A stretch of 64,000 nucleotides of DNA, from positions 3,444,578 to 3,508,577 of the forward strand of contig CP136572.1 of the NCBI GenBank assembly GCA_035193785.1, written 5' to 3'. Both the position numbers and the translations under genes were made by a program. How positions within the stretch are numbered: the first letter of the stretch is position 1; every line of letters starts with the position of its first letter. The notes under the pieces are model-generated. The model saw only the letters and a list, made by a program, of their open reading frames with translations, made no database searches and was not told the origin of the DNA. Positions 13,382 to 23,300 of this stretch are shown one piece after another. This stretch comes from Planktothrix sp. GU0601_MAG3 (GTDB lineage: Bacteria > Cyanobacteriota > Cyanobacteriia > Cyanobacteriales > Microcoleaceae).

Positions 13382-13406
13382 ATTTTTTACTGAGGTGTCT
13401 TAGCTA

Positions 13407-13565
13407 GTAGTGAGGTGTTCACGCCTCAATCTGGTGGTGGGGTGTTCACGCCTCCATCTGGTAGTGAGGTGTTCACGCCTCCATCTGGTAGTGAGGTGTT
13501 CACGCCTCCATCTGGTAGTGGGGTGTTCACGCCTCCATCTGGTAGTGAGGTGTTCACGCCTCAAT
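13407..13565. repeat. Tandem array of ~6 x 27-bp GTAG-type REP-like palindromes
   Basis: Unit GTAGTGAGGTGTTCACGCCTCCATCTG; each contains the hairpin GAGGTG-TTCA-CGCCTC. Confidence 0.8.
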
Positions 13566-13607
13566 TTCTCCTCGCCTAATATATTAAATACAGCCCTGAA
13601 GGGCTTA

Positions 13608-15700
13608 CTACATTGAGGTTAGGGTTTGGGAACGGTCTAGGAGAGTTTGTACAGCAGCCAGAATAGTTTTGGCATTTTGTAGATGACGTTGACTGATTTG
13701 GCTAAGACTCTCCATGGCTTCTAGGACTTGCACCGAAAGATTGGAATGTTCAACATTTGAACTCCGAATCAAATTAATTTTCTGAGTAACACTCTGAATC
13801 GCCTTGTTCATCTGTTGAATTGCCTTCGACTGTTCCCTCATCGCTGTTGCTACCTGTTCCGACTGGATGCGCATATTATCAACGGCCAGGGTTACCTGAG
13901 AGGCAATGGTTGCCTGTTCCGTCATATCCTTAGTCACATTATTAATCAGAGTCGCCAGTCGTTCTGCCTCCTTCGAGATCTGCTCGACCGCCACCGACTG
14001 TTCCCGAATAGCCCGGGAAGTGGCCATCACCCCTCGGCGCATGGACTCCACAGCCTGCATGATTTGAGAAGCCCCCTTATTTTGTTCAAAGGTAGCCTTG
14101 CGTACCTGTCCGGCTAAATTCGTGGTATTTTGAGTGGCTTTAATCACTTCTCGGGCGGCCCGAGCCTGTTCATTCATCGCCTGGGTAACTTGTTTAGCAA
14201 TTTGTTGCATTTGTCGCGTCGAAACCACAATCCCCTGGGTCGTTTTCGATTGTTCGATCGTAGCTTTAGCTACCTCCCGAGCTTGGTTAGCCGTGGTATT
14301 AATTGAATTAACCACCGTTTGGCCCGCAATCATTTGTTCCTCAGAAGCCACCGCAATTTGACTTACTAATTGGGTCGTTCTTTCAATCCCCGATAGAATT
14401 TTTTTTAGTCCACCCCATCCCTCCTCCGCTAAACCTCCGCTATCTTCTGCAACCCGTAGACCTTCATTAGAAGTATTCACCGCATCTTGAGCCACCAGTT
14501 GCAGGGCTTTGATAATTGCCGCAATATCCGATGTCGCTTGGGCCGCGCGATCGGCTAAATTTCTAATTTCTTCGGCCACCACCGCAAACCCCCGACCCGC
14601 ATCTCCCGCCCGAGCCGCCTCAATCGAAGCATTTAAGGAAAGTAGGTTAGTCCGTTCCGAGATTAAATTGATCGTATCAACAATACTACTAATCTCATTG
14701 GTACGTTTACCCATATCCCGAATCACGTCGGAGGATTTGACCATCGACTCCCGTACCCGACCTAACCCTTGAATTGCCTTTTCTACGGTTTTACCCCCCA
14801 CCTCCGCATCCTGCATTACCTTGCGGGTAATTTCGTCAGCCTGCTGGGTAAGGGTGCTAATCGAACGAATTGAGCGATCTAACTCTTCGGCGGAGATGGC
14901 GGCATTGGTGGCGGCTTCGGTAATTCGTTCGGCATTTTGGGCTACCCCCACCACGGACTGTGCCATTTCCTCCATAGAAGTTGAGACTTCCTCGACGGTG
15001 GCCGCTAAATTCTCGGTGGTGGCGGTGACTTCCTCGATGGAGGCGGCCATTTCGTTAATCGAGGCTGTGGTTTGTTCTGAAGCCGCGGTTAAGTCATCGG
15101 CATTTTGGGCAACTCCCCCAATGGAAAACTGGTCATTTCCTCAATCGAGGCTGCGGTTTGGTTGACGGCGGCAGCTAAACTCTCCGTATCCGCACTCAGG
15201 CTTTTAATGGAGGCGGCCATTTCTACCATTGATGCGGTGACTTGAGAGGCTGAAGTTGCCATTTCCTGAGCACTCTCGGCCACATTATGGGTGGAAATGC
15301 TACTTTGTTGGACTGAGGAGGCTGTTTGTCTTACCACCGTTGCCAGTTCGTTACTACTGGCGGTGACTTGTTCAATCGAGGCGGCTATTTCATTAGTCGA
15401 AGATACTAATTCTTCCCCTAAAGTTTCAACGGATTGGCTGTGGGTGGCGGTTTGTTTTAATAGGGCGACCAGGGTTTGAACTCCGGTGCAGTTCTCCTGT
15501 GCCAAGCGACTTTGGGATTCCATTCCTAAACATAGATGTTCGGTATTTGCCAACAGATCCTGGGTTTTAATCAGGATTTGCTGATTTTCCCCCCTGATCT
15601 GTTCGACTATCCGATCAGATGCCGTAGAACCGTTGATTTTTGATGAATTTTTGGAGGAATTTTTGTTATCTTTTTTTTGTTTTTTGTTGATTTTAGACAT
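13608..15700 (-). CDS. Cytoplasmic methyl-accepting chemotaxis protein; one frameshift at ~15126
   Basis: Signalling tip [33 protein letters not shown], long heptad arms, no hydrophobic TM segment. Confidence 0.9.
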
Positions 15701-15725
15701 GATTTTTTTCTCGGTAATTTATATT

Positions 15726-15837
15726 TATAGCAAAAGGCAAGAGGGAATAGGGAATGGGCAATGGGCAATAAGTAAATACTTACTATGAGCAGTTTTTAGC
15801 TTTCAAAAATGTCCTAATAGATGTGGCAACTGCTATA
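15726..15837. mobile_element. MITE-like element, TATAGC-ended family
   Basis: TATAGCA...TGCTATA ends, internal GGGAATA/GGGCAAT heptamers, and a subterminal TGTCCTAA shared with 9398-9572. Confidence 0.5.
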
Positions 15838-15964
15838 TTAGTGGTTTTTTATATGGGGTCGTAATTCCTCAGTTAATCCATTAACTCTGATGCTGCTGGG
15901 GTGTTTATGATTCTCTCTTTTGACTAAACATTTAGCATAACTTAATCCCGAAACAACACAATTT

Positions 15965-16438
15965 TTAATGTTTGATTTTCAAGTCCTCCGCTACGGATTC
16001 CTCCAAATTGAGTAATTCCTCAACATTGAGAATCAGGACAACTCGTTTTCCCAGGGTGGCAACCCCGGCTAAATACCGACTGCTAAAATGGGACATTCCC
16101 TCGGGGGGCGGCTGAATGACGTCTTCTGATAGGGCTAAAAATTCCCGGGCGGTATCGACAATCACTCCCACGGTACGATGATTAGTCTGAATCACAATTA
16201 GACGGGTTCGCAGATTATAGGCGGTTTTCTCCAGTCCAAATCGGACTCGTAAATTAATCGCCGGAATCACCTGTCCCCGGGAAAATACTACCCCCTCCAC
16301 AAAGGGTAAGGTATTGGGAACGGGGGTGATTTGTTCAATCATTTCCATTTGCTGCACAACTTCAGAGGAAATTCCATAGGTTGTGTCGGCCAGTTCAAAT
16401 AGGATATAGGTTTGAGTGGAAGTCGTAATGTTTGACAT
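15965..16438 (-). CDS. cheW: CheW adaptor
   Basis: Motifs ITPVPNTLPFVEGV, RGQVIPAINLR, VGVIVD. Confidence 0.93.
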   Translation of the reverse strand: MSNITTSTQTYILFELADTTYGISSEVVQQMEMIEQITPVPNTLPFVEGVVFSRGQVIPAINLRVRFGLEKTAYNLRTRLIVIQTNHRTVGVIVDTAREFLALSEDVIQPPPEGMSHFSSRYLAGVATLGKRVVLILNVEELLNLEESVAEDLKIKH

Positions 16439-16469
16439 TTGACGGTTTCCGGGGGTGAGATGTTGATGG

Positions 16470-18820
16470 TTAATGGTTGTTGGTCAGCAGTAGCGATCGC
16501 GATCGGGTTGAACATCGCGCGATGGCAGCCACATCTAAAATTAAAACGACGCGCCGATCTCCGAGTTCCGTCGCTCCGGCTATTCCCATCACTTGGACTA
16601 GGGGATCGGTTAAGGGATTCACCACAATTTCCCTTAATCCTGTCACCCTATCCACCACCAGGGCGACGGAGTTTCCCGTGCCGCCTAGGATGACGACTTG
16701 GGAGGTGGGGGAGGGAGGGGGAGCGGGGGGAGCGGGGGGAGCAGGGGAGGTGGGGGAGGTGGGGGGAGTAGGGGGAGCGGGGGGAGCAGGGGGAGCGGGG
16801 GGAGCGGGGGGAGCGGGGGGAGCAGGGGGGGCGGGGGGGGGCAGGGGAGGTAGGGGAGGTGGGGGGGGAGAGGGAGAAAATTTTGGCGAGTCTGATTAGG
16901 GGTAGGACGGTGTTGCGATAACTGAGAATTTCGTTATGTTCAAAGGCAATAATTTGTGATCTCGAAACTTCTAGCACTTCCTTAATGGCGGCTTGAGGAA
17001 TGGCAAAGGTTTGTTCCCCAACGGTGATAATTAGGGCATCCGTAATTGATAGGGTTAGGGGGAGTTGAATGGTAAAGCGAGTACCTTTGCCTTTATGGGT
17101 TTCTAAACTCAAAGACCCCCCTAATTCCTGAACTGTATTTTTCACAATTGCCATTCCTACCCCCCGTCCCGAAATTAAATCCGCTTCAGTTTTTGTGGAA
17201 AATCCGGGGGAACACAAAATATCTAATAAGGCCATCATATTATAGGGTTCGGGCTTTCCGGCTTCCCTGATTTCATCGGCGCTCTGGCTATCAATCCCGG
17301 CCCGCTCAATCACAGTTTCAATATCAACACCCCGACCATCATCTTCAATTTCAATAATCACGGTTTCTCCGGCGGCGATGGCTTTGAGGGTGATGGTTGC
17401 TTGGTCGGGTTTTCCGGCGGCGGAACGTTCGGCGGGGGATTCAATCCCATGACTCACGGCATTTCGGACTAAATGGAGCAGGGGATCGAGCATTCGCTCC
17501 ACAACGAATTTATCAATTTCGGTTTCCTGGCCGCTAATCTCTAGGCTGACTTGTTTTTCACTGGCCCGGACTAAATCCCGAACTACAAATTGCATCCGGG
17601 CAAAAATTTCACCAATGGGAACTAAACGGACTTGCATTACCCCCTGACGCAAATCTCGCAATTGTCGTTCGAGCATGAGGTTGATTTCCTGTAGGGCTCG
17701 GGTTTGAGGAGCCCTCAGATAACTGGAGACCAATTGCAGATAATCTTCTAAACGACCGCGACTAATCACTAAATCTCCGACCATGCGCATTAAGTTATCC
17801 AGTTTGGGTAACTCAACACGCACGACGTTGGAGGTGGTGGTGAGGGGGATGGAGGGGGGAGTTGGGGGAGTTGGGGGAGTTGGGGGAGCAGGGGGAGTTG
17901 GGGGGGCAGGGGGAGTTGGGGGGGCAGGGGGAGCAGGGGGAGCAGGGGGAGCAGGGGGAGTTGGGGGAGCAGGGGGAGCAGGGGGAGCAGGGGAGGTAGG
18001 AGGGGGAGTGGGGGAGGTAGGAGGGGGAGTGGGGGAGGTAGGAGGGGGAGTGGGGGGGATGATGGAATTTTGTTTTGTGGTTTTTGAATAGGGTTGCCAA
18101 GTTAAGCCATGTTGATCGGTTTCTTGAAGGGGAATTTCACTGGAGGAGGTGGCGAGAATTAGGTCAAATAGAATTTTATTTCCCTGACTCATCCGGGGTG
18201 CAACATAAATTAATCGACCCAGGGTTTGTAAATGTTCTCGAATGGTATTGACTCTAATTCCTTGTTCGGACAGTTGGGTGGTCGGTGAAAACACAAAATG
18301 CCAGAGGTTTTCCCCGTGGTTGATGGCTTCGTTAAGTTCGTTTTCTTCCTGGGGTTTCAGTTTTAATTCTACTGGGGTGACTAGGCCAGAGGTCTGATTT
18401 TCCAGGGGTTTCGCCAGGAATTAGCGCGGTAAGTTGGTTGATGATGTCGGTAATATCCGGTGGCGGGGTTTGGGTTCGTTGACTACTGATCACTTGTTCG
18501 AGTAGTTTTGTTCCGGTAATCAGGACATCAAATCCTTGGGCGGATAAAACAACTTTTTGATCTCGCAATACTCGTAAATAGCTTTCCATTTCATGGGCTA
18601 ATTCTTCAGCTAAACCCACTCCCACCATTCCTGATAACCCTTTTATGGAATGGAAACAACGGAACAATTCATTCAGGCTAGAACCCTCAATATGAGATTG
18701 ATTAATCCGGGACTCAAGGGTTAGAAGTTCTCGTCTGACGACGGCTAAATGTTCTTCACATTCTGCAAAATAATCTTCTAAAAAGTCCTCAAAAAAATTA
18801 TTTTCAGTTGGGTTAGACAC
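16470..18820 (-). CDS. cheA: Chemotaxis histidine kinase CheA (Hpt, P2, dimerisation, HATPase, CheW; no fused REC); two frameshifts
   Basis: Motifs [50 protein letters not shown]; contains two Pro-rich repeat insertions. Confidence 0.92.
16701..16876. repeat. G-rich 9-mer tandem repeat inside the cheA P5 domain
   Basis: (GGGGGAGCG/GGGGGAGCA/GGGGAGGTG)n. Confidence 0.85.
17849..18059. repeat. G-rich 9-mer tandem repeat in frame in the cheA linker (PPT/PPA)n
   Basis: (GGGGGAGTT/GGGGGAGCA)n, translating to PPTPPAPPA... Confidence 0.88.
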
Positions 18821-18954
18821 AATAATCAGTTATCAGTTATCAGTTATCAGTTATCAGTTATCAGTTATCAGTTATCAGTTATCAGTTGTCAGTTTAAGGG
18901 TTTTCAGTGTTCATTTTCTGTGATTCTTTGATTAGTGCTTACACCGATCACTGA

Positions 18955-19338
18955 TTATTGATGACTGACCACTGAATTTAGTAGTCCTTGAATGTGACTT
19001 GCGAGGAATTGAGGTTTAAAGGGTTTGGTTAAATAGCAAGCTGCGCCGGCGGCGATCGCTTCACTGCGACTATCTTCATCGCCTTTTGTGGTGAGAATTA
19101 CTATTGGGGTATCGTGATAACTGGGATGTCCTAAAACAAATCTTAGAACTTCCAACCCGTGCATATCGGGCATATTCAAATCCAATATCATTAAATCAAA
19201 GGGGGCAATTTCGATTTTTTCAATCGCCTCTAAACCATTCCCGGCTTCACTAAAACTGACATCGGTTAGATCTCGCAAGGACGCGATCACCATTTTTCTC
19301 ATCGTTGTCGAGTCATCAACGACTAAAATACGTTTCAT
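18955..19338 (-). CDS. cheY: Single-domain response regulator CheY
   Basis: MKRILVVDDS...LDLNMPDMHG...LTT...KPF; likely start ATG at 19338. Confidence 0.9.
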   Translation of the reverse strand: MKRILVVDDSTTMRKMVIASLRDLTDVSFSEAGNGLEAIEKIEIAPFDLMILDLNMPDMHGLEVLRFVLGHPSYHDTPIVILTTKGDEDSRSEAIAAGAACYLTKPFKPQFLASHIQGLLNSVVSHQ

Positions 19339-19402
19339 AACCTGGACTCCTTGGGGGGATAAGGCACAAATAGTTTGCATTTTCATTACTCACATTTTGG
19401 CA

Positions 19403-19525
19403 TATAGCAATCCTATTTGAGTTGTGTTCTTAATTCCTGAGCAAAAGGAACACCGGAACACCAGATAATACTTATAGCTATTTCAGTCAGTATTAAAATG
19501 TTACAACCTATTTAGGATTTCTATA
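19403..19525. mobile_element. MITE-like element, TATAGC-ended family
   Basis: TATAGCAATCCTA ... TAGGATTTCTATA terminal inverted repeat (1 mismatch); the same left end occurs at ~35416. Confidence 0.5.
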
Positions 19526-19697
19526 GTAAATGCCGACTTTGATATTCTTACAATCCCATCAACAACAAGAAGAAAAGTCGATTATTCCAGCTATCAAACA
19601 GGACAGTTATCCTCCTGAAAATCACCGTATCTGAATTATAAATCAACTCCCTGTCGAGTAGGAGGTGGGACTTCTTGATCCGATTTAGTTAACTTAC

Positions 19698-21115
19698 ACC
19701 GCCGGGAAGTCCCCCGCTCTACAATAACCCAAGTGAGCGGAGGGAATAGAGGCGGGTCAACCTAGGTACAGAGTTGACCCCATCTTTCCCCATTATCTTT
19801 ACTGTTTTCAGTATTATGTAGTAAGATCTTCAGACTAGGAGGTGCAAATCGAGTGCTACACAAAGCTGTACAAGTCCGTCTGTATCCAACTACATTGCAA
19901 GAAGCACATCTCGCCCAAACATTTGGATGTTCGCGCTGGTGGTGGAATTATGCTTTAAATAAATCAATTCAGGTTTATCAAGATACGGGCAAAGGGCTAG
20001 GACAGGTAGCACTTAACGCCCTACTGCCTAAACTCAAAAAAGCCGAAGATACCCTGTGGTTAGCTAATTGTTATAGTCAGGTTTTACAAGCTACAACACT
20101 TAATTTAACCACAGCATATAAAAACTTTTTTGAGCAACGTGCAGGCTTCCCTAAGTTTAAATCTAAACATGGTAAACAGTCAATTCAATACCCTCAAAAC
20201 GTCAAAATTGTTGATGGTAATGTCAAACTTCCTGGCAATATTGGAATAGTCAAAACCAAAATACATAGACCAATTGAAGGAAAAATCAAGACTGTAACTA
20301 TTAGTAAAACACCATCAGGCAAATATTTGGCATCTATCCTGACCGAAATTGAAGGAGAAAATCCAACTATTTCAGAAGGTAAAATCTATGGTATTGATTT
20401 AGGAATCAAACACTTTGCAGTTGTTACTGATGGTGAAAAGGTTTCTAAATACGATAATCCCAAACATCTTGCTAAACATGAGAAAAATCTCAAACGCAAA
20501 CAGAAGAAATTAGCGCGTAAACAAAAAGCCTGTACTGAAACCCAGTCGAAGTGGAAGTAAGTCAAGACAAAAGTATAGAAAAATTGTGGCCAAACTGTAC
20601 GAACGAGTGAGTAATTCCCGGCAAGATTTTCTACATAAACTTAGTCATAAGTTGGTCAGCGATAGCCAAGCTGTCATAGTAGAAAATCTTCATGTCAAAG
20701 GCATGGTTCGTAATCACAATTTGGCAAAAGCAATATCTGATGCAGGATGGGGAACTTTCACTAATTTCTTAGCTTACAAACTAGAACGAAAAGGCGGTAA
20801 GTTAGTGGAGATTGATAGATGGTTTCCTAGTTCCAAACTCTGTTCTAATTGTTTCTATCAAGTGAATGAGATGCCATTGGATGTTCGTGAATGGACTTGT
20901 CCTAATTGTGGTACTGATCATGATCGGGATGGAAACGCAGCTATGAATATTAGAGCAGAGGGTATCAGAATCCTAAAGACGGATGGTTCAGCCGTTTCTG
21001 CTGTAGGAGGGGAGGTAAGACCCCATCTTGGGCGAAAGTCTAAGATGGGGCATTCGCCTGTGAGTACAGAAACCGACACTGTACTTGGTACTCCAAGTCA
21101 GTGTGGGTAGTTCAC
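19698..21115 (+). mobile_element. IS200/IS605-family element carrying tnpB only (IS1341-like); left boundary approximate
   Basis: tnpB with no tnpA; left-end hairpin GGTCAAC...GTTGACC (~19755-19779); right end ...GGGTAGTTCAC at 21115. Confidence 0.75.
19853..21110 (+). CDS. tnpB: RNA-guided nuclease TnpB, split at a small insertion (20528-20552)
   Basis: N-terminal HTH (VRLYPT...FGCSRWWWN), RuvC motifs GIDLG, IVENL and DRDGNAA, Zn finger CSNC/CPNC. Confidence 0.92.
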
Positions 21116-21168
21116 ACTGTAAATAGAGGTAATCAAAAACCGTACACCGTCAAAGGAAGAACAGCGTC

Positions 21169-21931
21169 ATGGGATTATTTGATCGCATTAGCCGTCTTGT
21201 CAGAGCCAATTTGAATGATCTGGTCAACAAAGCCGAAGACCCAGAGAAGATTCTGGAACAGGCGATCATTGATATGCAGGAGGATCTGGTGCAGTTGCGT
21301 CAGGCTGTTGCTCAAGCGATCGCCAATCAAAAACGCAATGAACAACAGTATAATCAGGCCCAGTCCCAGGCTAACCAATGGGAGTCTCGCGCTAAGTTAG
21401 CCCTGCAAAAAGGGGAAGAAGGGTTAGCCAGAGAAGCCTTACAGCGCAAAAAAAGCTACACGGAAACGGCTAATACAATGAAATTGACTCTGGATCAAAC
21501 CTTGGGTCAGGTAGATGCTCTCAAACGCAATTTAATTCAGTTGGAGAGCAAAATCTCCGAAGCCAAAACCAAGAAGAATATGCTCAAAGCCCGGGCGCAA
21601 GCTGCTAAGGCTAATGAGCAGTTACAGAATTTATTGGGGGGTATTAATCCCAGTGGGGCCACCGCAGCCTTTGAACGGATGGAGGAAAAGGTGGTGCAGT
21701 TGGAAGCCCGTTTCCGACGCGGCCAGAGAATTGGGGGGTTCGGATTTTGAGAGCAAATTTGCGGCTTTGGAAGCTGGAAGCGATGTGGATGAGGAATTAA
21801 TGGCCCTGAAAGCCCAGATGTCCGGTAGTCCTGCTCCCCAGTCTCTCCCCCCGGGACAAACAGCGGCAACCCCTAATGTTCCCGTGGATGATGAGTTGGA
21901 AAAGCTGAGACGGGAGTTGAATAATATGTAA
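21169..21931 (+). CDS. vipp1: Vipp1/IM30 (PspA family); one frameshift at ~21712
   Basis: MGLFDRISRLVRANLN...EDPEKILEQ; C-terminal extension VDDELEKLRRELNNM. Confidence 0.9.
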
Positions 21932-22250
21932 GCGGAACCGACTATTGACTGGTGCGGGCTTTTTGTCAGGGGTCAAGGGTTATGGGTCTATCGGGGCTAC
22001 CATTGACTCCCAAAGTTTGATGGAAAGCCCTTGTCTGGGGGGGATTACGAATTACGAATTACGAATTACGAATTACGAATGGGGGATGGGGGATGGGGGA
22101 TGGGGGATGGAAGACATGGCTATTTTGAAAAAACTCCGTTCCGTTTAGCCATCATTTATAATTTCGCTGTATAGTGATAACGGGTTTGATTCGGTACTTA
22201 TACTTAACGACCGATCGGCTCCAGGGCCTAATTTAATTTTTATTAATAAA

Positions 22251-22511
22251 GTGTCACCCACAATGGCTAAGGTACGTTTGCTGATTCTCAGTTCTTTTGC
22301 GGCGGGCTTTGGACTATGCTCCATTGTTTTTTCCGTTTTTACGATGATTTCTGAATTTAATTTTTCTACGGTATTTAGATTTATTTTAACCCTGGGATTC
22401 TTTGTAATTAATATTTTATTTTCTTTGCATTATTATGGATTAATTTTCAAAGAATTTAAGCTAATTAATAAAATGAAAGCTCAATTGAAACGGTTTAATT
22501 ATAATTTTTAA
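22251..22511 (+). CDS. Small hypothetical membrane protein (2 TM)
   Basis: Two hydrophobic segments and a basic tail; no recognised motif. Confidence 0.45.
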   Translation: MSPTMAKVRLLILSSFAAGFGLCSIVFSVFTMISEFNFSTVFRFILTLGFFVINILFSLHYYGLIFKEFKLINKMKAQLKRFNYNF

Positions 22512-22604
22512 TTGGGGTTGGAGCGATCGCTAACCGGAAATTAGAAATAGGTAGAAATAGGTTTAAGTTAAAATCAAAGCTAGTTTGTACAAAGGAGTTC
22601 TATT

Positions 22605-22920
22605 ATGTTAAACGCACTCAACTCTCTGTTTGGTCGTCATCCAGAACGAAATCGGGCCAACGTAGAAATCTATACTTGGCAAACCTGCCCCTTTTGTATT
22701 CGAGCTAAACTATTATTATGGTGGAAAGGGGTTGATTTTACAGAATATAAAATAGATGGGGATGATGCCACCCGAACTCAAATGGCGGAAAGGGCAAATG
22801 GACGGCGCACAGTTTCCCCAAATTTTTATTAATAATCAACATATTGGCGGCTGTGATGATCTGTATCAATTAGATGGAGAAGGAAAACTAGAACCCCTAT
22901 TAGCTGAACCTGCTTTATAA
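22605..22920 (+). CDS. grxC: Glutaredoxin 3; one frameshift at ~22814
   Basis: CPFC active site; after correction the sequence reads RTVPQIFINNQHIGGCDDLYQLD...AL*. Confidence 0.9.
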
Positions 22921-22978
22921 GTTGTTGGGATGATTGCCCACTTTTTATTAGGGTACTCATCCCAACAACGGGATTTTT
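22921..22978. terminator. Long hairpin after grxC
   Basis: GTTGTTGGGATGA (22921-22933) pairs with TCATCCCAACAAC (22957-22969), followed by a T-tract. Confidence 0.55.
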
Positions 22979-23300
22979 CAAATCCTTAGCCCAATAACTT
23001 AATATTTATTTACAAAAGTTTTAATAAGTTCATAATGTTTTTTTTGATTAACCAGATGTTAAATTGTGGCAAAAATACTTTAAATTAATATAGTAGGCAA
23101 ATCAAGAAACCGTAAACTCAAAGGAGTAATATTAAGCCCCAATAGAACCGATTCAATTTCTATTTATCTACAGCTAACAAATGCTTTGAATTTAACAATT
23201 ACTTAATTTTTGGGACTCCATCCTTAACGGTTGATCCTAACTTTTGGGGATAAACCCTCGGAATTGGTAACTTAGTAATTTATATTTGTGGAGAAAAAAT

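Noticed and set aside
13410..13616. ORF with (CSRLHLVVR)n repeats
   Set aside because: It is a translation of the 27-bp DNA repeat, antisense to the operon.
21945..22148. 67-aa ORF after vipp1
   Set aside because: Largely heptamer repeats (TTACGAA, GGGGATG); no credible start.
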